Assembly (NCBI GenBank): GCA_040767965.1
Contig: JAXGNR010000004.1
Coordinates: 704,001 to 768,000, forward strand
DNA: 64,000 bases
Reading direction: 5' to 3'
Source: Atribacterota bacterium
GTDB taxonomy: Bacteria; Atribacterota; Phoenicimicrobiia; Phoenicimicrobiales; Stramentimicrobiaceae
Numbering within the stretch: position 1 is the first letter of the stretch; the number at the start of each line of letters is the position of its first letter. The translations under genes were made by a program, and so were the position numbers. Shown here piece by piece: positions 45,145 through 55,417 of this stretch. A model generated the notes under the pieces. It saw only the letters and a program-made list of their open reading frames with translations. It ran no database searches and was not told the origin of the DNA.

Positions 45145-46176
45145 TTATTTGAAAAAGATTTTAGCAAAATTGAGCCAATTATTATCAACAATTCTGATAT
45201 TTTTTGTAGCTTCATCTAATGGAATAGCAATAGTGTCATTTCCCTTTAAAGCTGCCATCATACCGTACTCATTATTTTCTATTAACTCCACTGCCTTTAC
45301 CCCAGTTCGCAATCCCAGCATACGATCAAATACAGTTGGATTCCCACCTCTTTGCATATGGCCAATTACAGAGTGTCTGGTTTCAATTCCGGTTTTTTGA
45401 CAAATAACTTCTCCTAAAGCCAGTCCTATCTCCCTTTCTTTTAATATCATATGTCCGAATTGATCTAATTTTTCTTCTTTATTTTCAGTACCCGGCAAAA
45501 CTACTCCTTCAGAAACAACTACCAGGGCATATTTTTTTCTGGAAAACACTCTTTGTAACTGTTTGCACATTCCATCTATATCCGGTTCTTCCTCAGGCAC
45601 CAGTATCCAATCTGCTCCAGATGCAAGACCAGTATAAAGGGCGACCCAACCTGCATGCCTGCCCATAACCTCCAGTATCATTACTCTATGATGCGATTTG
45701 CCTGTGTCTTCCAAACTTTTCATAGCTTCAACTGCTCTTGTTACTGAGCTGTCAAAACCAAATGTAAAATCAGTTGCAGATAAATCATTATCCATTGTTT
45801 TGGGAGCACCCACTACGTTTACCTGATTTTCCTTAAACAATTTATTAGCAACACCTAGTGTGTCTTCACCGCCCATGGCTAATATAGCATCAAGCCCATA
45901 ATTACTTATAGTTTGCAAAACTCTTTTTACTCCATTTTCAATTTTAAATGGATTAGTTCGAGATGTTCCCAGCATGGTACCTGCTTTATCTATTAATTCT
46001 TCTGCATCTTGCAGGTCAATTTTCATTATATTTCCATCCATTAAACCTTTCCATCCATCGCGGATACCAAATACTTCATACTTAAAATCATGGGCACGAT
46101 AAACCGCGCCTCGGATAGCAGGATTTAATCCACAACAGTCTCCACCACCAGTTAAAATTCCAATTCTTTTGGTCAT
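45145..46176 (-). CDS. pfkA: 6-phosphofructokinase, probably PPi-dependent or mixed-substrate type
   Basis: TGGGD, GTSR, GGEDT, PKTMDND, EVMGRHAGW, GHMQRGG. Confidence 0.93.
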   Translation of the reverse strand: MTKRIGILTGGGDCCGLNPAIRGAVYRAHDFKYEVFGIRDGWKGLMDGNIMKIDLQDAEELIDKAGTMLGTSRTNPFKIENGVKRVLQTISNYGLDAILAMGGEDTLGVANKLFKENQVNVVGAPKTMDNDLSATDFTFGFDSSVTRAVEAMKSLEDTGKSHHRVMILEVMGRHAGWVALYTGLASGADWILVPEEEPDIDGMCKQLQRVFSRKKYALVVVSEGVVLPGTENKEEKLDQFGHMILKEREIGLALGEVICQKTGIETRHSVIGHMQRGGNPTVFDRMLGLRTGVKAVELIENNEYGMMAALKGNDTIAIPLDEATKNIRIVDNNWLNFAKIFFK

Positions 46177-46207
46177 CTCTTACCTCCATTATATTGATTA
46201 ATAATTA

Positions 46208-47074
46208 TTAACTTTTATTTTTAGAACCTAAAACTCTAATGCGCCCTTTAATTACCTGCTTAGCAGCTTCTTTTGCATATCCCAAAGGTTTTCTCGGATC
46301 AACTTCGCCAGGATTCTGTAGCATATATTCTTTAATTGCAGTTGTAAATGCAACACGTATACGAGTATCTATATTTACCTTGCAGATACCTGAAGAGATT
46401 CCTTTCTTGAGTTCATCATCATCTACGCCTGAAGCTCCGTGCAAAACAAGTGGAATTCCTGTCAAACTTTTTATTTTTTCTATTCTTGCAAGGTCAAGTT
46501 TTGCAATAGTATCTTTACAGCCATGAATGGTTCCTACAGCAGCAGCAAGTGAATCTATTCCGGTTTGTTTAACGAATTTTGCAGCTTCTTCTGGATCAGC
46601 CATATATTCTTTTATTCTTTCTAAGGCAACTCCTGGTTCATCACTAGAGTCCATTTTCCCAATTTGGCCTATTTCAGCCTCAACAGGTATATTGCAGGCA
46701 TGGGCCATTTCAACAACTTTTTTTGTCATCTCCACATTCTCATAAAAGGGCAATTTTGAACCGTCAAACATTAATGATGTGAAGCCAGCCCTTAAACAAA
46801 GAATATTTTGAAAAAAATCTGTTCCATGGTCCAGATGTAGAACAACAGGAATTGTTACAGATTCAGCCATGGTTTTGACCATACTTACTATCATATTCAG
46901 TTCAGCATATTTTATTGCTCCCTGAGAAGCTTGTACTATTACCGGAGAGCTTTCCTCATTTGCTGTTTCAATAATAGCCTGAACTATTTCCATATTGTTG
47001 GCATTAAAAGCTCCCACTGCATAATTATTTCTTTGAGCATCTAATAGAAGCTCTTTACTGGTAACTAAAGGCAT
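46208..47074 (-). CDS. fba: Class II fructose-bisphosphate aldolase
   Basis: GAFN, HLDHG, VEAEIG, GTIHG, LVLHGASG, KVNIDT. Confidence 0.95.
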   Translation of the reverse strand: MPLVTSKELLLDAQRNNYAVGAFNANNMEIVQAIIETANEESSPVIVQASQGAIKYAELNMIVSMVKTMAESVTIPVVLHLDHGTDFFQNILCLRAGFTSLMFDGSKLPFYENVEMTKKVVEMAHACNIPVEAEIGQIGKMDSSDEPGVALERIKEYMADPEEAAKFVKQTGIDSLAAAVGTIHGCKDTIAKLDLARIEKIKSLTGIPLVLHGASGVDDDELKKGISSGICKVNIDTRIRVAFTTAIKEYMLQNPGEVDPRKPLGYAKEAAKQVIKGRIRVLGSKNKS

Positions 47075-47311
47075 TTATTTCTCCTCTCTATTTTCTTTCC
47101 GGAAAATAGTAAACTAATAAATAATCATATTTTGTAATTATATATATGTTGTCACCTAATTGCAATTAGAGACTTAAAATTTAGAATATTAATATTTTAA
47201 ATTTTAGGAAAAAAATTTGAGTTACTTTTTAAATAATGATATATTCATTTAAAAACAAATTATACCCTTACTCTACTTTCAGAAATATATCTTATAAAGA
47301 AAGGAGAAAAG

Positions 47312-48322
47312 ATGTCTAATTTTCAAAATGACCCCCCAAATAACATTAATGACATTCTGGATAAAATCCCAAAAATAAAATTTGATTTTGGAAAGAAAAT
47401 AATTAAATTAATATTGCTCGTAATGGCAATTCTTTATGTTGCAACCGGAATTTACATTGTCCAACCAAATGAACAAGGTGTGGTAAGGAGGTTCGGCAAA
47501 TTTGCAAGGCTTGATAGCCCTGGTTTGCATTACCACCTACCTTACCCTTTTGAAACTGCAGTTACACCATCAGTAACTGAGATCAAAAGAATTGAAATCG
47601 GATTTCGCACTACTCGAAGCGGATATACAGAAATGTCTGAAGAATCGTTGATGCTAACTGGAGATGAAAATATCGTTAATGCCGAGGCAATAGTACAGTA
47701 TAGAATCAAAAATGCTGCTGATTATTTATTTAATATTATAGAGCCTGAACAAACAGTCAGAAATGCTTCAGAAGCTGCCTTAAGACAGGTAATTGGCAGC
47801 AGGAAAATTGATGATGCTCTTACAGAGGGAAAATATGAAATCCAGGAGGAAACAAAATTTCTAATACAGGATTTACTGGATTCTTATGAATCAGGAATTA
47901 TTGTAATGGCAGTACAATTGCAAGATGTAAATCCCCCAGAAGAAGTATCTGCAGCCTTCAAAGATGTTGCAAGTGCTAAAGAAGATAAAAGTAAATTCAT
48001 CAATGAAGCTGAAGGTTATCGAAATGACATAATACCTAATGCCAGAGGAGAGGCCGCTACTATCATAAAAGAAGCAGAGGGTTATAAAATAGAAAGAATA
48101 AGAAAAGCCGAAGGAGATGTTGCTAAGTTTAACCAAATATTACTGGAATATCAAAATGGAAAAGATGTAACAAAATATAGACTCTATATTGAAACAATGG
48201 AAACAATCTTGCCTTATATGGAAAAATTTATTATGGAAAATGAAAATAATGATTTAATAAAATTTTTACCTCTAAAAAATCCTTTCGGGATTGACAATAA
48301 CCCAAAAGATGGTATCAAATAA
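47312..48322 (+). CDS. hflK: FtsH modulator HflK
   Basis: SPFH domain, MLTGDENIV, ARGEA, RLYIETME. Confidence 0.95.
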   Translation: MSNFQNDPPNNINDILDKIPKIKFDFGKKIIKLILLVMAILYVATGIYIVQPNEQGVVRRFGKFARLDSPGLHYHLPYPFETAVTPSVTEIKRIEIGFRTTRSGYTEMSEESLMLTGDENIVNAEAIVQYRIKNAADYLFNIIEPEQTVRNASEAALRQVIGSRKIDDALTEGKYEIQEETKFLIQDLLDSYESGIIVMAVQLQDVNPPEEVSAAFKDVASAKEDKSKFINEAEGYRNDIIPNARGEAATIIKEAEGYKIERIRKAEGDVAKFNQILLEYQNGKDVTKYRLYIETMETILPYMEKFIMENENNDLIKFLPLKNPFGIDNNPKDGIK

Positions 48323-49179
48323 TGAAAAAGACTTTTTATATTATTATTGTTTTCCTGTTGATTATTATTGCAAGTTTTTCTTTTTTTATTGTAGATGAAA
48401 CAAGACAGGCTATTATCCTGCAATTCGGTAAACCAGTTAAGGCTATTCAGGAAGCTGGTCTGTATGTCAAGATTCCTTTCATTCAAAATGTTGTCTTTTT
48501 TGAAGATCGTTTATTAATTTATGACGCTTTACCTACAGAAATTATTACTAGAGATAAAAAAACTTTAATTCTAGACAATTATGCCAGATGGAAGATAAAA
48601 AATCCTTTACTTTTTTTGCAAACAGTTCGAGACCTAAACGGCGCACAAGCCAGACTTGATGATATTATTTATTCAGAATTGAGAGTTGATTTAGGGAAAT
48701 TCGACATGAGCGAAATTGTGTCTCAAAAAAGAACTGAAATAATGGGAACAGTTACTCAGCGCAGTAATGAAAAATCCATGGAATACGGTATAAATATAAT
48801 TGATGTCAGAATAAAAAGAGCAGATTTACCACCAGAAAATGAACAGAATATTTTTGCCCGGATGGAAGCAGAGCGTGAAAGAATTGCAAAGCAATATAGA
48901 GCAGAAGGACAAGAAGAATCTGCTAAAATAATAGCAGAAACCGAAAGAGAAAAAACAGTTATACTGGCAGAGGCATACAAAGAAGCTCAGCAGTTAAGAG
49001 GTGAAGGTGAAGCAGAAGCAATAAAGATTTATGCAGAAAGCTTTAATCAGGATCCAGAATTTTATCAGTTTTATAGATCATTGGAATCCTACCAGAATAG
49101 CCTCAACCAGAATACAACCATTTTACTGTCACCAGATAATGAATATATTAAATACTTAAAAAATATTCAAGTAAAATAA
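48322..49179 (+). CDS. hflC: FtsH modulator HflC
   Basis: QFGKP, DVRIKRADLP, RMEAERE, DPEFYQFYRSL; TAATG coupling to hflK. Confidence 0.95.
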   Translation: MKKTFYIIIVFLLIIIASFSFFIVDETRQAIILQFGKPVKAIQEAGLYVKIPFIQNVVFFEDRLLIYDALPTEIITRDKKTLILDNYARWKIKNPLLFLQTVRDLNGAQARLDDIIYSELRVDLGKFDMSEIVSQKRTEIMGTVTQRSNEKSMEYGINIIDVRIKRADLPPENEQNIFARMEAERERIAKQYRAEGQEESAKIIAETEREKTVILAEAYKEAQQLRGEGEAEAIKIYAESFNQDPEFYQFYRSLESYQNSLNQNTTILLSPDNEYIKYLKNIQVK

Positions 49180-49181
49180 AG

Positions 49182-49229
49182 ATAAGAAAGGCTTTTATAC
49201 AAATTTAAAAGTATAAAAGCCTTTCTTAT
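49182..49229. terminator. Bidirectional terminator between convergent hflC and RNase H fusion gene
   Basis: 19-bp perfect inverted repeat ataagaaaggcttttatac / gtataaaagcctttcttat. Confidence 0.8.
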
Positions 49230-49273
49230 ATAATTTATTCATTTATTTTGTTAACACTTTAATATCAAAGCTT

Positions 49274-50815
49274 TTAATAACCTAATTCAATACTTATTAT
49301 ATTATCCGGTTTTTCACAGTTTGCTACTTTGATAATATTTTTATATATAGCTAAAACATTTTCTTCTATAGCTTTTTCAGTGTATCCGGCAACATGTGGA
49401 GACATAATAACATTGTCCAATTTATGAAAATTGTATTTACTGGGATAATTTTTAGAATTATTTTTTTCAGGATATTGATACCAGACGTCTATGGCTGCTC
49501 CTGCCAGAAATTTATTTTCCAGGTATTTATAGAGAATTTTTTCTTCTACTACTTTTCCCCTGCTTATATTGATAAGATATTTATTTTTCATTTGGGAAAG
49601 AATTTTTTCATTAATAATATTTTCAGTTTGTTTGGTTAAAGGAACTGTAACAACTATAAAATCAGAATTTTTTATCACGAATTCAATATCGTCTTTGTCA
49701 CCGATATATTGTAGCTTATATTTTTTTTCTAATTTCTTCTTGTTTTTTGCATTTCTTTTTATTGCCAAAACATCCATTCCAAAAATATTGGCCTTTTTCG
49801 CTATTTCTAAACCAATTGATCCTAAACCTATGATTCCTAATTTCTTACCAGCAAGCTCTATATTTTTTTCATTTTTTAAGAAATCATTCCATTTCCCTTT
49901 TCTTAAATCAGAATCATTTTTTATAAGTTTTTTGGCTAAAGCCAACAACAAACATATGGCATGTTCCGAAACTGCATTGCTGTTGCTATGAGTATTGCAA
50001 ATAAATATTTCAGGATAATCTTTAAAAGCACTTAAATCCAAATTATCTAATCCTGAATAAGGTATCTGATAAAGTTTTAAATTGTTCGTCAGTTTAAGAT
50101 CTTCATTGGTTAATTTACCACCTATTATAATATCTGATATTTTTAAAATATCTTTTAAATTCTCTCTACCATTTTCCGGAAATATTAAATTAAATGGAAT
50201 ACTGTGTTTTTCATTTAGATTTTGTAACTTTGTTTTCCAATCACCGGGGCTTAGCATTTTGCTGAAAATTAAAATATTTATTTTATGTTTCTCTGTTTCA
50301 TTATTTAAGTTTTTTATTCCAGTAAAATCATCATTAAATTCTGATATAGGTTTTTCTTTTTTTGCTTTTAAGACTATATCTTCTTCGGGTAATCTTGATT
50401 TTTGATCCTCTGTTTTTTTAATTAACAAACTGCGTGCCAGTTGATCAGCTATCTTATTTTCTTCTCTGCTGTTCCAATAAAAATAAACCTCTGTGTTTTT
50501 AATTTCTTTTAACAGGGTTTTTATTTCATTATAGAGAGGAATTATATTTTCATTTTTAATTTTAAATTGTTTGTTTAATTGCTTTACAACTAATTGGCTG
50601 TCACAGTAAAATTCTGCTATTTGAAAGTTCATTCCCTTGATTTCTTCTAATCCCCTGATAACAGCTTTATATTCAGCAATGTTATTAGTACCAAATCCTG
50701 CTAGTTCATTTATTTTTTTAATTATTTTATTGTCCTCATAAATCACAACGCCAATTGCCATATTTCCAGGATTAGGAATACAGGAGCCATCAACTCTTAA
50801 TATTAATTTTGACAT
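49274..50815 (-). CDS. Fusion: N-terminal ribonuclease HI plus C-terminal D-2-hydroxyacid dehydrogenase
   Basis: aa 1-130: DGS..PNPG, TNNIAEY, DSQLV, REEN..AD; aa ~180-513: VSEH, GIIGLGSIG, NISRG, DVWYQYP, SPHVAG. Confidence 0.85.
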   Translation of the reverse strand: MSKLILRVDGSCIPNPGNMAIGVVIYEDNKIIKKINELAGFGTNNIAEYKAVIRGLEEIKGMNFQIAEFYCDSQLVVKQLNKQFKIKNENIIPLYNEIKTLLKEIKNTEVYFYWNSREENKIADQLARSLLIKKTEDQKSRLPEEDIVLKAKKEKPISEFNDDFTGIKNLNNETEKHKINILIFSKMLSPGDWKTKLQNLNEKHSIPFNLIFPENGRENLKDILKISDIIIGGKLTNEDLKLTNNLKLYQIPYSGLDNLDLSAFKDYPEIFICNTHSNSNAVSEHAICLLLALAKKLIKNDSDLRKGKWNDFLKNEKNIELAGKKLGIIGLGSIGLEIAKKANIFGMDVLAIKRNAKNKKKLEKKYKLQYIGDKDDIEFVIKNSDFIVVTVPLTKQTENIINEKILSQMKNKYLINISRGKVVEEKILYKYLENKFLAGAAIDVWYQYPEKNNSKNYPSKYNFHKLDNVIMSPHVAGYTEKAIEENVLAIYKNIIKVANCEKPDNIISIELGY

Positions 50816-50881
50816 ATTTACTCATTTCTTTTCCAGATCATACTTATTATATTTATTTTCTATCTAAATATTTTTTAATTT

Positions 50882-51985
50882 TTATTTATTTAAAGGACAA
50901 TGTAAGCCAATTTCTGTTCTTGCTGTCAAGAAGCACTGGTTGCAATGAATGCAGCTGGACTCTTCTGTGTCGCCGATTTTCCAGCGTTTTATCAAATCAG
51001 GTTCCTTTATCAATGGCCTGCAAAGAGAAATATAGTCAACACCCTCTTTTATTATCAAATCTTCTGCTGTTTTTAAATATTTTATTCCGCCTACCAGAAT
51101 TACAGGTATTTTAAGCTTATTTTTAAGCAATTTAACTTCATCACGATAATAAACATCCTCCTTCTTGCTATCGGCTGAATCTGTTATTTTTCTAGAAAAA
51201 GAATATTTGCTGATATTCAGTGCGGTACCACCGCTTAATTCTATGGCATCAACACCATTTTCTTCAAACAATAAAGCCGTTTCCAGCATATTCTCAGTTG
51301 TCAGGCCTCCACTAATATAGTCATTTGCATTCATTTTTATAATAAGAAGAGTATTATCAGGTAACTTCGATTTTATAGCATTTATAATTTCAAGTATTAT
51401 TCTAGCTCTGTTTTTTACGCTACCTCCATAACTGTCCGATCTTTTATTGAAAAATGGTGATAAAAACTGGCTTAGCAAATACCCATGAGCAGCATGTATT
51501 TGCACACCATCAAATCCAGCCTTTATAGCTCTTCCAGCTGCATCTGCAAAGTCTTTAATTATCTTATTTATTTCATCTTTAGTTATCTCTCTGCAAGTGT
51601 ATCCTTCAATGTTCAAAGTAGAGGGTCCAGCAGGAAGCTTATTTTCTTCTTTGCTCAATGATCTGCCACCGGCATGAGATATTTGCATAACTATCTTGCT
51701 GTTTTCCTGGTGAACACTATTGATCATTTCTTTGTAACTATCAATCATAGAATCATCATAAATTCCTAACTGCTTTGGCCCTGCCTGTCCATTTTCACTG
51801 ACATAGGCGTGGCTTGTAATAATAAGACCTACTTCCCCTTTAGCTAGTTCAACCATCTTCTGTGTTATTTTATTTGTGCAAAATCCTTTATCATCAGCCA
51901 AGCCTTCATAGGTTGCACTACGTACAAATCTATTTTTAATTTCAATACCTTTCAATATATTTTTTCCAAATATATCTTTTTTCAT
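50882..51985 (-). CDS. NADH:flavin oxidoreductase (old yellow enzyme family) with C-terminal Cys cluster
   Basis: KNRFVRSATYE, QISHAG, GFDGVQIHAAHGYLLSQFLSP, CIHCNQC...C. Confidence 0.92.
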   Translation of the reverse strand: MKKDIFGKNILKGIEIKNRFVRSATYEGLADDKGFCTNKITQKMVELAKGEVGLIITSHAYVSENGQAGPKQLGIYDDSMIDSYKEMINSVHQENSKIVMQISHAGGRSLSKEENKLPAGPSTLNIEGYTCREITKDEINKIIKDFADAAGRAIKAGFDGVQIHAAHGYLLSQFLSPFFNKRSDSYGGSVKNRARIILEIINAIKSKLPDNTLLIIKMNANDYISGGLTTENMLETALLFEENGVDAIELSGGTALNISKYSFSRKITDSADSKKEDVYYRDEVKLLKNKLKIPVILVGGIKYLKTAEDLIIKEGVDYISLCRPLIKEPDLIKRWKIGDTEESSCIHCNQCFLTARTEIGLHCPLNK

Positions 51986-52020
51986 TCATGATTCTCCTTA
52001 TTGTAATTTTAGAGTTTATT

Positions 52021-52076
52021 AAAATAATGTCGGGTATAGTGTAAAATCATTTAAAAACTATACCCAACATTATTTT
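52021..52076 (-). terminator. Intrinsic terminator after dhaL
   Basis: 20-bp inverted repeat with a single G-U pair on the minus strand. Confidence 0.75.
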
Positions 52077-52093
52077 AATTTTTTGAATCTATT

Positions 52094-52744
52094 CTATTTG
52101 TTGTAAAATTTTTCTAATATGTAATTTCCAACAGTATTAATAATTAGATAACCAGAATGGGCTCCAGGATCTTTAACTCCGACACTTCTTTCTTTGAACC
52201 ACCTTGCTCTACCGATTTGTGGTTCCATTTGAATTGTTTCCTCTGCACTTCGATCAGCAATTTCAATAGCTTCTTTAATTATTTTTCTTTCATCATCAGT
52301 ATTTTCTACAGAATTTAAATATTCAACAACAGGAATCAGTGAATCAAGTATAGTTTTTTGCCCTCGTTCTGCCTTGCCTCTTTTTTTAATAGCTTCTATT
52401 CCAGCTTCGAGCATTTTTTTAAGATCATCAAATAAAATCACTTTCTTGTCTTTTATGACTAAACTACATGCTCTCATAGCAGAAAATATTAGTATACCGA
52501 TAGTAGAGCCGGTAACTTCATTAAATTGCATTCCACCTTTTGATAACATATCCTGCATTTCAAGTTGATTATTATTTTTTAGATAATCAGCAACTGAATT
52601 AAAACCACGTGACATAGACAAACCATGATCACCATCGCCGATTTTGCTATCTAAATCATTTAAATAAGATTTTTCTTTATTAAAAACATCTGCCAGTTTC
52701 AGTATAATTTCATAAACATCGTTTTTTTGCAACTGTAAAGACAT
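52094..52744 (-). CDS. dhaL: Dihydroxyacetone kinase family, L (nucleotide-binding) subunit
   Basis: LD..IGDGDHG.SM.RGF, RGKA..GQKTILD, GRA, DPGA. Confidence 0.9.
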   Translation of the reverse strand: MSLQLQKNDVYEIILKLADVFNKEKSYLNDLDSKIGDGDHGLSMSRGFNSVADYLKNNNQLEMQDMLSKGGMQFNEVTGSTIGILIFSAMRACSLVIKDKKVILFDDLKKMLEAGIEAIKKRGKAERGQKTILDSLIPVVEYLNSVENTDDERKIIKEAIEIADRSAEETIQMEPQIGRARWFKERSVGVKDPGAHSGYLIINTVGNYILEKFYNK

Positions 52745-53751
52745 TACATTTTACCTTCCTTTATAAATGGTGTCCAGATAGGGTGATCGAGATAAGCTTT
52801 TTCTTCTTCATTTATCTTAAACAATGTAATCGAAAATCCTGCCATTTCCAGAGATGTTGCATAACGGCCTATAAAAGGTTTATATATTTTTATCTTTTTT
52901 TCTTTAAATATTTCAGATATTTTTCTAAAAACAATATAAAGCTCTTCCAGCGGAGTTGCTCCTAAACTGTTAACTAAAATACTGATTTCATCTCCCTCCT
53001 TGATAGGCATATCTTCTAATAATAAGTCAATCATATCCTGTGTTACAATATCAGCAGATTTTCTTTGTTCTATTTTTATACCAGCTTCACCATGAATACC
53101 CATACCTATTTCCATTTCATTTTCACCTAAAGTGAAAGAAGGTTTATCTGCACCTGGAACAGTGCAAGGCGAAATAGCAACTCCCAATGTTCTGATTCTT
53201 TCTAATGCATTTTTTGTTTTATCATATACTTCATCTAAAGAAAAACCGTTATCTGCACAAGCTCCAGCTATCTTATAAGCAAAAAATAATCCTGCAACAC
53301 CTCTTCTGGATGATTCATTTCCTTTTTTGCCTGAAGCAATATCATCTGATACCAGTAATGTTTTTACTTCAATTCCTTCTTCTTCAGCCATCTCAGCAGC
53401 CATATCAAAATTCATTATATCTCCACCGTAGTTGCCATATAAATACAAAACACCTTTCCCACCATGTACTGCTTTTGTTAGCGTTAGCATTTGGTTCATA
53501 CTTGGAGAAGCAAATACATTTCCAATAGCTGCACCATCCAGCAAGCCTTTCCCAACATACCCCATAAAAACAGGCAAATGACCAGAACCACCTCCGGTAA
53601 CAATAGCTACTTTATCTTTAATAGGTGATTCAACACGAGCAATGGCTCTTATTTCATTATCTGCTTTCTTCAGTAAATCAGGGTGTGCCTTTAAAATACC
53701 TTCCAACATTTCATTAACATAATTTTCATCTTGATTATAAAAAGTCTTCAT
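52744..53751 (-). CDS. dhaK: Dihydroxyacetone kinase family, K (substrate-binding) subunit, possibly erythrulose-kinase-like
   Basis: GGGSGHLP, GNVFASP, NYGGDIMNF, RRGVAG, GMGIHGE, TSLEMAG. Confidence 0.9.
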   Translation of the reverse strand: MKTFYNQDENYVNEMLEGILKAHPDLLKKADNEIRAIARVESPIKDKVAIVTGGGSGHLPVFMGYVGKGLLDGAAIGNVFASPSMNQMLTLTKAVHGGKGVLYLYGNYGGDIMNFDMAAEMAEEEGIEVKTLLVSDDIASGKKGNESSRRGVAGLFFAYKIAGACADNGFSLDEVYDKTKNALERIRTLGVAISPCTVPGADKPSFTLGENEMEIGMGIHGEAGIKIEQRKSADIVTQDMIDLLLEDMPIKEGDEISILVNSLGATPLEELYIVFRKISEIFKEKKIKIYKPFIGRYATSLEMAGFSITLFKINEEEKAYLDHPIWTPFIKEGKM

Positions 53752-53808
53752 TTATTATCCTCCTTAAAAAATATAATATTAAATTTCTTCATTTATTAAC
53801 CGTAAATC

Positions 53809-54570
53809 TCATAGGCCAGTTGCCAGAAAACCACCATCAATCACAATAGTTTCCCCTACTATGAAAGAAGAAGAATCAGATGCCAGCAATAGCGCTGCTC
53901 CAGTTAATTCTTTTAGTTCACCAAAACGGCCGATAGGAGTTCTTTGAAGTACTGAATTCTTTCTGCTTGGATCCATTTTGTTTATATTTAGTTCCGTCAT
54001 GAATTGACCGGGAGCTATTCCGTTTACCCTCACTCCTTTAGGAGCCCATTCTGCTCCCAAAGTTTTTGTTAATGAAACTACTCCTGCTTTACTAATAGCA
54101 TAAATACTTGAATTTCTCCATCCTCTATAAGCTGCCATTGACGCTATATTTATTATAGTTCCACGGCCATTCTCGATCATATGTCTGCCTACTTCCAGGC
54201 ATGAAAAATACACACTTTTCAAATTTGTTTCAATTATTAAACCAAAGTCTTCTTCATTAAAATCTTCTGCTGGCTTAATTAAGGTTGTCCCTCGAGAATT
54301 CACCAATATGTCTATTTTTTTATATTTATCTATAATGTTTTTTACTAAATCTCGTAAATCTTTTATATTTTTAGCATCCAGGGTGAAGCCAACGGTTAAA
54401 TCTTTATTTGTGAGAAGGTTTATCTCATCAACTACTTTCTTTACTTTTTCTTTATTTCGACTTACCGGGAAAATACGTGCCCCGGCTTCGGCATATTTCA
54501 AAGCAATTTCTCTTCCGATTCCACTAGTACCTCCTATAATGAGGGCATTTTTGCCTTCTAATGAAAACAT
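53809..54570 (-). CDS. Short-chain dehydrogenase/reductase (gluconate 5-dehydrogenase/KduD-like)
   Basis: GGTSGIG, NIAS, YAISK catalytic YxxxK, VRVNGIAPG, IDGG. Confidence 0.9.
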   Translation of the reverse strand: MFSLEGKNALIIGGTSGIGREIALKYAEAGARIFPVSRNKEKVKKVVDEINLLTNKDLTVGFTLDAKNIKDLRDLVKNIIDKYKKIDILVNSRGTTLIKPAEDFNEEDFGLIIETNLKSVYFSCLEVGRHMIENGRGTIINIASMAAYRGWRNSSIYAISKAGVVSLTKTLGAEWAPKGVRVNGIAPGQFMTELNINKMDPSRKNSVLQRTPIGRFGELKELTGAALLLASDSSSFIVGETIVIDGGFLATGL

Positions 54571-54646
54571 TTTTCCTCCTGATATAATTTTATATATTTT
54601 ATATTAATTATTCAAAAGCATTTGCCAGTCAAAAATCAAAAAGTAT

Positions 54647-55417
54647 TTATACTAGTCTGGATATGTTTTTAGTTATTTTGGGATAATTTTCATACATTAA
54701 CGGATCATGGCCAGGAAATAAATATTCAATAGAAGATACCTTCTCTCTCAGCATTGAATAGCTTTTTAGCCATTCAGGTAAATTAGTTATATAGATACTA
54801 GGCCAATCTTCCTGATAATTTTTAAAATAGTACCCGCAATCAGAGCCAATTATAGCTTTTCCTTTTTTAGTATTAACCAAAACAGATTGGTTGCCAAATG
54901 TATGCCCGGCTGACAAAATGCAATCAATTCCATCTACAATGTTAAAATTGCCATTTATTATTTTAAGTCTATCAGTTCCTTCTAATGACTCTAAATACTT
55001 ATATGATTCCTGATCTGAAGTAGACATGAAAGGTGGTCTTTTTGCAAGGGGATTTTTTAGCCAAAAGTTATATTCAGATTCCTGAATATAAAATGAAGCT
55101 TTTGAAAAAAGAGTAACTCCATTTGTATGATCCAAATGTAAATGTGTAATAATAATTTTATTTATATCTTCCGGTTTGAGATTTATTTGAGTAACTAATT
55201 CTGCAGGATTGACATAATTTAACAATTGCATTTTTTCTGCTTGTATTGGATGAATTCCAGTATCTACAAGTATATTTTCATTTTCACCTTTAATCAGCCA
55301 AATATAATAACTGCTTTCTGCTAATTCTCCCCAATCCCTGTTCCACATTCCAACAGCTGCTGGTCTTTTTACCGGCCCGGCATACCTTAATGCATATATT
55401 TCAAAGATATTTTTCAT
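54647..55417 (-). CDS. N-acyl-homoserine lactonase-family metallo-hydrolase
   Basis: VDTG, THLHLDH (HxHxDH), GHTFG.QSV, GSD, PGHDP. Confidence 0.85.
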   Translation of the reverse strand: MKNIFEIYALRYAGPVKRPAAVGMWNRDWGELAESSYYIWLIKGENENILVDTGIHPIQAEKMQLLNYVNPAELVTQINLKPEDINKIIITHLHLDHTNGVTLFSKASFYIQESEYNFWLKNPLAKRPPFMSTSDQESYKYLESLEGTDRLKIINGNFNIVDGIDCILSAGHTFGNQSVLVNTKKGKAIIGSDCGYYFKNYQEDWPSIYITNLPEWLKSYSMLREKVSSIEYLFPGHDPLMYENYPKITKNISRLV

